The notes below the pieces were generated by a model. It worked only from the letters and a program-made list of their open reading frames with translations, had not been told where the DNA came from and ran no database searches. This document shows positions 48,729-56,967 of a stretch of 64,000 nt of DNA, piece after piece. Both the position numbers and the translations under genes were made by a program. The DNA is taken from the NCBI GenBank assembly GCA_017465405.1, contig JAFTWG010000008.1:13304-77303 (forward strand). Direction: 5' to 3'. The DNA is from Alphaproteobacteria bacterium (lineage in GTDB: Bacteria > Pseudomonadota > Alphaproteobacteria > RF32 > CAG-239). The first letter of the stretch is position 1; each line of letters starts with the position of its first letter.

Positions 48729-50268
48729 ATTTGAACTCTGTCATATCCATTAAACTGTAATCCCTGTCGGCATTTGCCAATTTTTGGATTTTCTCTTTAC
48801 TTTCATTGGGTATTTGCCCTAAACGAAGTTTCATTTCAGGGGATTCATTAAGTCTGGGAGCCCCGTGAGTAACAAACGGGCTGACAATTTCTCCCAAAGT
48901 CAAACTCATAGGTACAAAGCTTTCTCTATTTGAAATAACAACTTTTTGCCCTTCTTCTATTTGTATACAAACTTCCTTCTCAACAATTTTTCTTATCATT
49001 TCTGAAGAAAGTGCTTTAACGAAAACTTTCGCATATTTATCATCAGGATTTGCTCCTACCATATAAACGGCCATTTCCTCATTGTAAACAGCCGTAGCTT
49101 TAGTTTTTACGGCAGGCAATAATAATGACAGTTCGTTAACAGCAGAAACCATTTTTGCAGTTTTTTCCGCCTGACGACATAACTCATATATATAACGAGA
49201 TTTTGCATCATAGTCATTACTCATTTTCTTCTGCAACATATTCGTCATAATATCGGCAACAGCATAAATCTGTTCTTCTGCAGAAAATGATTTATTGCAT
49301 AAAATACGATTTAATTTTCGGTCAAAAATTGCAGCAACGGGAATATCGTTTTCGACTAATCCCACAGTCTCGGAAAAATGAATATTCATCAATCGACACT
49401 CATGTAAAATAAAACGCCATGTTTTGCTGGTGGTTTCAAAACGTTCAAAATATTGTTCTTTTTCTTGTGAAAAAGGAATGTCTTCATAATCTTCGGGCAA
49501 AAACAATCTTTTATCATAGTAAGATTTTAGTCGCTCAACTTTTCTATCTAAAGATTGACGTTCATTTGCTATAATTCCGGACAGTTCATTTTGTTTGTTT
49601 GCTACTCTATCGATTTTTTGTACTAACTCATTTTTTTCTTGGTATAAATCATTAAGACCATAAAAATTTTCAATACTTTTGACAACGTCTTCTTTTGAAC
49701 CTTCAATATCAAAACGAGGAGAAAAAGCATCAAAACTTTTATATGTATTTTCAAATTGTTGCTTAAATTTATTCAATTTGTGCATAAATAACAATTTTTC
49801 TGCTTTAGCCTTCAAATTATCATATTTTGGACCTTCTCCCGGAAAATGGTTATTTTCATTTTTTTGCATAATAAAATTATTGAGAAAAGTTCTTCCTTCA
49901 TCCAAAAATTTTTCCGGTAAAAGAGCCAATAACTGCGATTTAAATGTTGCAATTTTATTCAATAAATCAAATTCATTTTTTTGTTTTTCTTCTTTATCTG
50001 CGATAACGCTTTCCAAATTTTGCAACTGTTCATTAAGCGGAGATATTTCATCTACGAGTAGCTGATACTCTTTTTTAAAATCGGCGATTTTTGTGGTTTC
50101 CGGCTGAGTTTTTTTAAATTCTGTTTCTACATTTTCCCAATCAGGATTGCTCAAAAGCTCTCTATAACCGCAAACATAATCCAAATCTCTGAAATCAATA
50201 CCATTAGCGGGGGCATTTCCTACTCGAGGAGGAATACCGCCATTATTCAAAAAATCAAAACCAATCAT
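48727..50268 (-). CDS. Hypothetical 513-aa protein with central coiled-coil-like region
   Basis: The ATG at 50268 lies 6 nt after AAGGAG. The middle of the protein is long and K/E/Q/L-rich. I recognise no family. Confidence 0.55.
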   Translation of the reverse strand: MIGFDFLNNGGIPPRVGNAPANGIDFRDLDYVCGYRELLSNPDWENVETEFKKTQPETTKIADFKKEYQLLVDEISPLNEQLQNLESVIADKEEKQKNEFDLLNKIATFKSQLLALLPEKFLDEGRTFLNNFIMQKNENNHFPGEGPKYDNLKAKAEKLLFMHKLNKFKQQFENTYKSFDAFSPRFDIEGSKEDVVKSIENFYGLNDLYQEKNELVQKIDRVANKQNELSGIIANERQSLDRKVERLKSYYDKRLFLPEDYEDIPFSQEKEQYFERFETTSKTWRFILHECRLMNIHFSETVGLVENDIPVAAIFDRKLNRILCNKSFSAEEQIYAVADIMTNMLQKKMSNDYDAKSRYIYELCRQAEKTAKMVSAVNELSLLLPAVKTKATAVYNEEMAVYMVGANPDDKYAKVFVKALSSEMIRKIVEKEVCIQIEEGQKVVISNRESFVPMSLTLGEIVSPFVTHGAPRLNESPEMKLRLGQIPNESKEKIQKLANADRDYSLMDMTEFK

Positions 50269-50359
50269 TGTCAACTCCTTTACCATAAGGACAGTATAAT
50301 TTTTGGTATAAAATACACAAATAAGCTTAATAAATTGTTATTTAACAAGTTTTAATCAC

Positions 50360-50390
50360 AAAAAAACAGGGGCAGAATCTCTGCTCCCTG
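50360..50390 (-). terminator. rho-independent terminator of the YhcH-like gene
   Basis: On the minus strand the stem is CAGGGAGCAGA / TCTGCCCCTG (one bulge), followed by TTTTTTTG. Confidence 0.75.
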
Positions 50391-50412
50391 TATTGATACC
50401 AACATCAAGTTC

Positions 50413-50847
50413 CTACTCAATAGGCAACTTGATTACAATTTTTTTCACCCTGTGCTTACCGTCGAGATGTGTACAAGGCTTGTGCGCATCTTGAGGGTAC
50501 AAAACACAAAACTCACCATCGTGCAGTTCTATTTTTCTCGACTGTACCGGACCGTCCATAAACTCAATGTCATGAACGTAAGGAACTGTCGTTTCAAACT
50601 CCGGCGAATTGACATCAGCAACCTCAATGGTTTCCTGTCCTTCGACGATAATCTGAACATCGATAAACTTGCGATGTGCTTCAAACTGCTTGTCTTTAGA
50701 CTCGACAGTCTCATAATTTTCAGCGTTTGCATAAGCTCCGCCTTCAAATTCGTACCTGCCGGCCTTAAAATCGATGAGCAATGCGAGGACCTGGTCCACC
50801 ATTGCATCAGTCACACCGTGGCATGACTTGAGTTCCGAAATATTCAT
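50413..50847 (-). CDS. YhcH/YjgK/YiaL-family (DUF386) protein, in a G+C-rich SD-less single-gene unit
   Basis: The 144-aa cupin-like protein has FEAHRKFIDVQIIVEG and LYPQDAHKP segments typical of the family. Its composition is visibly G+C-richer than the flanks. Confidence 0.7.
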   Translation of the reverse strand: MNISELKSCHGVTDAMVDQVLALLIDFKAGRYEFEGGAYANAENYETVESKDKQFEAHRKFIDVQIIVEGQETIEVADVNSPEFETTVPYVHDIEFMDGPVQSRKIELHDGEFCVLYPQDAHKPCTHLDGKHRVKKIVIKLPIE

Positions 50848-51015
50848 AAAATAAAAATTGTATTAATATATAAGTTAGTTACCCACCTTGTAACCCGTTT
50901 TGGCAATTTTGTCAATAGGATAAGTGACATTTATAGCTTGAAAATTATCTTATATGATTCTAGCATAAGTTACGATTGGCAAAAAAGTGCTATAACCAAC
51001 CGTAAGGATTATTAA

Positions 51016-52113
51016 ATGACTCAAATAATTGACTCTACCGAATTAGACTTTTGCGATGTTTTATTCAAACCCAAAAGAACAACTCTCAACTCTCGCAGTG
51101 AAGCTAATGTAATCAGAGAATATAAATTCAAATATTATCCGCATACTCTCAACTCTTGTGGTATAATTGCCGCCAATATGGCAACTACCGGAACTTTTGA
51201 AATCAATAATGTTTTACAAAAATATCAGGCAATAACCTGCTTACACAAACACTACGATTTTAACAACGAAGAAAATCGAAAATATCTTATTCAAAACTAT
51301 CAGCAAAATCAGAACGCTTATACCTTTGTTTCTACCGGTCTGAAGGATGACAAAGAAAAATTGTTTGCTATTTTATCAGATAAAGAATTTCCGATTGATA
51401 AGCTTTGCATTGATATTGCAAATGGTTACATTCCGAAATTGATAGAATTTGTCAGAGAAGTTCGCACTAACTTCCCTCACCTCTTGATTATGGTCGGTAA
51501 TGTCGTTACCGGTGATATGACACAAGACCTCATTTTGAACGGTGCAGACATTGTTAAAGTCGGTATTGGTCCGGGCTCCGTTTGTACTACACGCAAACTT
51601 ACCGGCGTAGGAAGACCGCAATTATCGGCTATTTTAGAATGTTCCGATGCTGCTCACGGTGTTGGTGGTTTAGTATGTGCCGACGGCGGTTGCACTTGTG
51701 CCGGAGATGTTGCTAAAGCGTTTGGTGCCGGAGCCGATTTTGTTATGTTGGGTGGAATGTTTGCCGGAACTGACGAAGCTGCCGGAGAATTAATTGAAAA
51801 AACAGTTCAAACCAACTTGTTGTGCGATGGAGTTTTAGTTACTAAAAAAGAAAAATATAAACAATTCTACGGTATGTCCTCACAACTTGCACAAGAAAAA
51901 CACTTTGGCGGAATGGCATGCTATCGAGCATCAGAAGGAAAAGTTGTTGAAGTTCCCTATAAAGGCTCAGCAGAAAGTGTTATTCAAGAGATTTTGGGAG
52001 GCATTCGATCTACTATGTCTTATATCGGTGCACGCAGACTGAAAGATATTGCAAAATGCACAACTTTTTATCGGGTAAATCGTCAACTAAACGAGGTATT
52101 CGGTAAAAGTTAG
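51016..52113 (+). CDS. guaC: GMP reductase
   Basis: [32 protein letters not shown] and [14 protein letters not shown] parallel E. coli GuaC. Confidence 0.88.
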   Translation: MTQIIDSTELDFCDVLFKPKRTTLNSRSEANVIREYKFKYYPHTLNSCGIIAANMATTGTFEINNVLQKYQAITCLHKHYDFNNEENRKYLIQNYQQNQNAYTFVSTGLKDDKEKLFAILSDKEFPIDKLCIDIANGYIPKLIEFVREVRTNFPHLLIMVGNVVTGDMTQDLILNGADIVKVGIGPGSVCTTRKLTGVGRPQLSAILECSDAAHGVGGLVCADGGCTCAGDVAKAFGAGADFVMLGGMFAGTDEAAGELIEKTVQTNLLCDGVLVTKKEKYKQFYGMSSQLAQEKHFGGMACYRASEGKVVEVPYKGSAESVIQEILGGIRSTMSYIGARRLKDIAKCTTFYRVNRQLNEVFGKS

Positions 52114-52129
52114 ACTCTAATCTTATCTC

Positions 52130-52178
52130 AAAGCTCTGAAAATGCTTCTCTGTAATGAGACCATTTCAGAGCTTTTTT
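52130..52178 (+). terminator. rho-independent terminator of guaC
   Basis: The outer stem is AAAGCTCTGAAA / TTTCAGAGCTTT, enclosing a small inner hairpin and followed by TTTT. Confidence 0.65.
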
Positions 52179-52227
52179 ATTGCAATCTGCAACTATATGT
52201 AATAAGCTCCATGTTAAGGAGATGTAA

Positions 52228-52698
52228 ATGAGTGATATAAAATTCGGCATAGGAGATATTGTTTATCATCAAACCTTTGAACTTGGCAAAATTATAACTG
52301 TTGATGATAAGATAAACATTTATTTTCATACATCTGATAAATATGTTAAAATAATGAAGAAAAATGCCGAACAATATATTGAACTGCTATATCCGGCAAA
52401 TACCCCGAATAAAGATTTCATTTTTAACAAGTTGGAACACTACTTTCGTCGACAAAGTGTTCTGCAATGTATATATGATACTGAAATAAAACAAGATTTA
52501 GAAAGTATTAAAGAGATATATAAAGGTAACGGACTAGAAAAAATAATTTCTTTTTATAACCAAAAAACTCAAGAACATAATAAAAAAATTAATGACCGAC
52601 TTGAACAACTGGCAAAAACAATAAAAATCCAAAAAGAGCACAGTAGCTCAACCGGAGGATGGCAATATAGTAAAACTTGGTGGCCATATAAGAAATAG
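52228..52698 (+). CDS. Hypothetical protein with N-terminal SH3/Tudor-like segment
   Basis: FGIGDIVYHQTFELGKIITV resembles small beta-barrel (Tudor/SH3-like) modules. The rest is helical and K/E-rich. Confidence 0.45.
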   Translation: MSDIKFGIGDIVYHQTFELGKIITVDDKINIYFHTSDKYVKIMKKNAEQYIELLYPANTPNKDFIFNKLEHYFRRQSVLQCIYDTEIKQDLESIKEIYKGNGLEKIISFYNQKTQEHNKKINDRLEQLAKTIKIQKEHSSSTGGWQYSKTWWPYKK

Positions 52699-52762
52699 CA
52701 AAAGAACAAAAGAAGAACAAATATTATTGACAATTTGATTTTTTGTGCAATATAATGCAGAT

Positions 52763-53293
52763 ATGAAAAATATTTTGATTGTCATAATAATCGCCTTATT
52801 CATTACTCTACCCTGCAATGCAAAGGTCGATGTTAAATTTACGCCTTCTGACGAGTGCGAAACATCTATTATCAATTATATCAATAAAGCTAAAAATAAT
52901 ATCGATATTGCCGTATATTCAATTAATAACGACAAGATTGTATCTGCCCTCAAAAAAGCTCATAACCGAGGAGTTAATTTAAGAATATTAACCGACAAAT
53001 TACAAGCAGCAGCAAAATCGTCTAAAGTTATCGAATTGTATAAATACGGAATCAATATACGAGTTAACAGCAAGCACAAAATAGAACATAACAAGTTTGC
53101 AATTTATGATAAAAAAATAGCATCAAGCGGTTCATATAATTGGACAAATCCGGCCAGTAACAAAAACAGCGAAAACTGCCTGTTCATAATCAGAAACAAT
53201 CGAGCTGTAAACGCATATATCAAACGTTTTGAATATCTGTGGAGAATTAATACCAAACAAAAATCCGACCAATGGTTCAAAAAGAAAACATAG
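52763..53293 (+). CDS. Secreted phospholipase D-family nuclease (Nuc-like, single HKD motif)
   Basis: Signal peptide MKNILIVIIIALFITLPCNA. The HKD signature is HNKFAIYDKKIASSGSYNWT. The size is typical of Nuc-type endonucleases. Confidence 0.82.
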   Translation: MKNILIVIIIALFITLPCNAKVDVKFTPSDECETSIINYINKAKNNIDIAVYSINNDKIVSALKKAHNRGVNLRILTDKLQAAAKSSKVIELYKYGINIRVNSKHKIEHNKFAIYDKKIASSGSYNWTNPASNKNSENCLFIIRNNRAVNAYIKRFEYLWRINTKQKSDQWFKKKT

Positions 53294-53321
53294 TTTTGTA
53301 TGTATTTTTAATATATGAAAG

Positions 53322-54524
53322 CTATAAAGAATTACCTTTGTTGCGCAAAGCAGTACCCATTACTATAGATTGTTCAATTTGAGAAACAGTAATTGTTTCA
53401 ACATCATTTTTAACTTCAGATAATTGCAATTTACCTTTTGTTTCCGAAATTTTGTTCCCCATATCACAAGTTTTCTTTCCGTCTTTATTTCTTATAAAAT
53501 CGACAGTTTTTCCATCTTCTCGATAATATACCTCCGTTCCGTCCTTCGCAAATGTACGACGTATGGTTCCGTCTTTACGATAATATGTACTGTTTCCGTC
53601 TTTATCTCGGGTACTTTTTAATGTTTTACCGTCTTCTTGATAATGATGCCAACTTCCATCAGGAAAACGAACACTATCCAGAGTTTTACCATCCTCACGA
53701 TAGTGATACCATGTACCATCAGCAGAATGAGTACTATCTATCGTTTTACCGTCCTCTCGATAATAAGTGCTATTGCCATCTTTATCCCTAGTACTTTTTA
53801 GTGTTTTTCCGTCTTCTCGGTAACTCCTAAAACTTCCATCTTTGTCAAATTCAAAATCTACTGTTTTACCATCTTCTCGATAGTGTGTTGAATTGCCGTC
53901 TTTATCTCGAAATGTCCTTAAGGTTTTTCCGTCTTCTCGATAACTCCTAAAAGTTCCATCGGTCGATAACATACTGGCAATACTATTATCTTTTTCTCTA
54001 TATCCAACACTATTTCCGTGCTCATCATTTTTATAATAGATTTTTTCCAAAGATGTGAAATTTCCTTCATTGTCAAATAGACATGATACAGTTTTACCAT
54101 CTTCTTGAAAATAAGTACTATTACCATTTTTATCTCTGGTGCTCTTTAGGGTTTTACCATCTTCCCGATAGTGATACCAACTGCCATCGGCAAAATGGAT
54201 ACTATCTATCGTTTTACCGTTTTCTCTGTAATATGTAACATTTCCTTCTTCATCTCTGGAACTTTTAGGTGTTACACCATCCTCTCTATAACTCTGAAAA
54301 CAACTGTTTGGAACAAATTCTATAGTTTCAAAACCTTTTTCATCTTTTGAGAATTTTGATTTATCAGGCATAAAATTACCTTTTACTCTATTCAAAAAAG
54401 ACTTGATTTGACTTTCTAAATCAATATCATTTTTAAATTCTTCCAATTCGGTAATTTCACTATGGCTTATATTATCCCCTTTGGATAATAGCGATTTAAT
54501 ACGTGCTTGTAATTTCTTTAGCAT
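53322..54524 (-). CDS. Tandem-repeat protein (about 15 units of ~20 aa, YREDGKT...DG...; MORN-variant/YwqK-like or YD-like)
   Basis: The unit YREDGKTLKSTRDKDGNSTY recurs with variation along most of the protein. It has no signal peptide. Confidence 0.65.
   Translation of the reverse strand: MLKKLQARIKSLLSKGDNISHSEITELEEFKNDIDLESQIKSFLNRVKGNFMPDKSKFSKDEKGFETIEFVPNSCFQSYREDGVTPKSSRDEEGNVTYYRENGKTIDSIHFADGSWYHYREDGKTLKSTRDKNGNSTYFQEDGKTVSCLFDNEGNFTSLEKIYYKNDEHGNSVGYREKDNSIASMLSTDGTFRSYREDGKTLRTFRDKDGNSTHYREDGKTVDFEFDKDGSFRSYREDGKTLKSTRDKDGNSTYYREDGKTIDSTHSADGTWYHYREDGKTLDSVRFPDGSWHHYQEDGKTLKSTRDKDGNSTYYRKDGTIRRTFAKDGTEVYYREDGKTVDFIRNKDGKKTCDMGNKISETKGKLQLSEVKNDVETITVSQIEQSIVMGTALRNKGNSL
53460..54302 (-). 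repeat. Imperfect ~60-nt tandem coding repeats inside the 400-aa gene
   Basis: TACCGTCTTCTCG / TACCATCTTCTCG-type cores (reverse complement of REDGKT codons) recur on the plus strand. Confidence 0.7.
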
Positions 54525-54870
54525 TTTAACACACTCTCAAATTTCATAAAATATAGCAAATTGTAACATATTTACATATGATTAGCAACTGAATAAAATT
54601 CTTTGACAATCAAGAAATCAGGGATTTTTTTTTGCAGAGTATAAAAAGAGTATACATAAACAGAAAAATCCCTAATTTATGTATTAGTTACTCGTTACAC
54701 ACGTTTACCAAGCGTAGTTTAGACCGACACCTAATGAAGTTGCATCATAGTTATTATATCTAAATCCTCTCCTCACGCAAAACGTGTCAAATCTATAAGG
54801 TTTGATTATAAAATGACTTTCCCGAGTTTACTCGGGTATAAGTATTAAATATAATCTAAATTATCAAAAC

Positions 54871-56322
54871 TTACTCTGCTTTTTGCAGTTCAAACATAAC
54901 GTTTTTGAAAGAATTTAGAGCTGTTTCCAAATTATCAACGATTTCATCGGCCAAGATTTCTGGTTCCGGCAGATTTTCAAGGCTTTCCAAGCTTTCATCC
55001 TTTAGCCAAGTAATATCAAGGCTTACCTTATCGCGCTTGATTATCTCGTCATAGCTAAACTTCTTAAAGCGTTCGCTCTCTGTCCTCGCCATAATATTAT
55101 CTGCGTTATAGCACTTAATAAAGTCTGCTAAATGGCTGTCATTTAATGAGTTTGTGACCAAGCTTAGATTCATATTGGTGCGCAAATCATAGAACCACAC
55201 ATCATTTGTGCGGTGTCCTTTATCAAGTGGCGGATATTTATCAAAGAAAATAACGTTAGCTTTAACACCCTGCGCATAAAAAATACCGGTAGGCAGGCGC
55301 AAAACCGTATGCAGATTAAACTCATTTAACAAACGACGGCGAATTTTCTCACCGGCACCGCCCTCAAACAACACATTATCCGGCACAACCACTGCCGCAC
55401 GACCATGCGTATTTAAAATTGTCATAATATGTTGCACAAAATTGAGCTGTTTGTTTGAAGTTGTGGCAATAAAGTCATCACGGTTGTATTCTTCTTTTTC
55501 CGTTGTAACCGAGCCGTCTTCGCCCATAATCTTAAGCCCGCCTTTTTTGCCAAACGGCGGGTTTGTCAGCACCATGTCATAACGCTTATCACCGGCGTTC
55601 ATCAATGAATCGCCTTCTGTCACCGGAGAATTTTTGCCGCCGATACCATGCAGATACATATTCATAGCGCATAAGCTCACAACCAACGGTGTAATATCGG
55701 TCCCGAAAAGCTTTTTCTCTTTTAACGCTTTGATTTTTTCTCTATCCTGTGTTTGCTTCTTCATATATTCATAGGCAATCAATAAAAAGCCACCGGTTCC
55801 GCATGCAGGGTCAACAACTGTTGTATCCGGTGTCGGGTGCATAACCTCAACCATAGCCCGAATAAGCGGACGCGGTGTAAAATATTGACCGGCACCGGCT
55901 TTTGATTCCTGCGCATTTTTCTGCAACAGACCTTCATATATTTCGCCTTTAACATCAATATCCAACCCCATCCATGTTTCACCGTTAATCAGCGAAATTA
56001 AGCGCGATAAATTCGCCGGATTAGAAATTTTGTTACCGGCTTTTTTATAAATGGTGCCGATAATCCCTGTTTGTTTAGAAAGTTTATCCAATATATTTTG
56101 ATATTTATCAGAAAGTTCCGTTCCAGAAAGTTTAAGCAAATTAGACCAACGGCAATCAGCAGGCAATAAAGATTCCTCTTTGAGCAAATCTGTGCGTTCC
56201 TCGTCCATTTTTAAGAACAAAAGATAGGTAAGTTGTGACACATAATCGGTATAACCGATACCGGATTGCGCTAACACGCTGGCATAATTCCAAACTTTTG
56301 TAACGAGATTATTTTCAGTCAT
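54871..56322 (-). CDS. hsdM: Type I restriction-modification system methyltransferase subunit
   Basis: An HsdM N-terminal domain is present (LVTKVWNYASVL ... YLLFLKM). Motif I is VVDPACGTGGFLL and motif IV is VLTNPPFG. Confidence 0.93.
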   Translation of the reverse strand: MTENNLVTKVWNYASVLAQSGIGYTDYVSQLTYLLFLKMDEERTDLLKEESLLPADCRWSNLLKLSGTELSDKYQNILDKLSKQTGIIGTIYKKAGNKISNPANLSRLISLINGETWMGLDIDVKGEIYEGLLQKNAQESKAGAGQYFTPRPLIRAMVEVMHPTPDTTVVDPACGTGGFLLIAYEYMKKQTQDREKIKALKEKKLFGTDITPLVVSLCAMNMYLHGIGGKNSPVTEGDSLMNAGDKRYDMVLTNPPFGKKGGLKIMGEDGSVTTEKEEYNRDDFIATTSNKQLNFVQHIMTILNTHGRAAVVVPDNVLFEGGAGEKIRRRLLNEFNLHTVLRLPTGIFYAQGVKANVIFFDKYPPLDKGHRTNDVWFYDLRTNMNLSLVTNSLNDSHLADFIKCYNADNIMARTESERFKKFSYDEIIKRDKVSLDITWLKDESLESLENLPEPEILADEIVDNLETALNSFKNVMFELQKAE

Positions 56323-56967
56323 TTATTCCGCCACTTTTATAATTTCCTCAAAAACAACATGAGCATTAGTATATGTTCCATCCATGTTATCTTCATTAAA
56401 ACCTAATAATTTTGCATTTTGAATAGCTTTAGGTAAATCATTTCCCAGAATATCAAATATATTTTTTGCATTTTTAAATTTACCTAAATCCGTAAAATTT
56501 TGATTATAATACCTATTAATTTCTTTCATTACTTCCTTGCAACACTTTTCTGAATTTGTAAATTGCGGTGCTACTGATCTCGTATGTAGTAACAACCAAT
56601 ATTCATAGCATGGACTATTATATATAGTTCCCATATCTGTTCGTTTTGCATTTTCTGATATAATATTTTTAATGTCTTTTAACTTGTTTTGGTCTTTATC
56701 AAAACATGCAATTACCATATATCCGTTTGGGTAACTGTCTTTTATTCTTTCAAGTTCTTTTCTTTTGTTTTTAGCACTTAACTGCACGGACTTAGCATCA
56801 TTTCCTCTATTCGATTTTTCTTTTTGTATAACAATTTTTTTTCCATCATACAGTTTCTTTAGTCCATTTAAATAGCATTGCATAGATTCCGCATCTTCAC
56901 ATACAAAATAGTACAATTTATACGGTAGTTCTCTCTGTTGAATCTTTGGATTTATTTTTCTAGCCAT
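56323..56967 (-). CDS. RloB-like protein (AbiLii-like partner of the upstream ATPase)
   Basis: The N-terminal YYFVCEDAESMQCYLNGL parallels the (I/V)xCEGxxTExxYF start of RloB-family proteins. The stop abuts the hsdM ATG and the start abuts the ATPase stop. Confidence 0.6.
   Translation of the reverse strand: MARKINPKIQQRELPYKLYYFVCEDAESMQCYLNGLKKLYDGKKIVIQKEKSNRGNDAKSVQLSAKNKRKELERIKDSYPNGYMVIACFDKDQNKLKDIKNIISENAKRTDMGTIYNSPCYEYWLLLHTRSVAPQFTNSEKCCKEVMKEINRYYNQNFTDLGKFKNAKNIFDILGNDLPKAIQNAKLLGFNEDNMDGTYTNAHVVFEEIIKVAE

Noticed and set aside
52177-52374. Minus-strand 65-aa ORF overlapping the guaC terminator and the 156-aa gene start
   Set aside because: It has no SD, is AT-rich, overlaps a terminator hairpin and lies opposite a better-supported ORF.
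54690-54722. tRNA fragment: CGTTACACACGTTTACCAAG resembles CGTTACGCGTTTACCAAT of the tRNA-Leu D/anticodon region at 38325-38342
   Set aside because: The similarity is short. No acceptor or T-arm can be folded around it on either strand, and it corresponds to the 5' half rather than the 3' att-type end.
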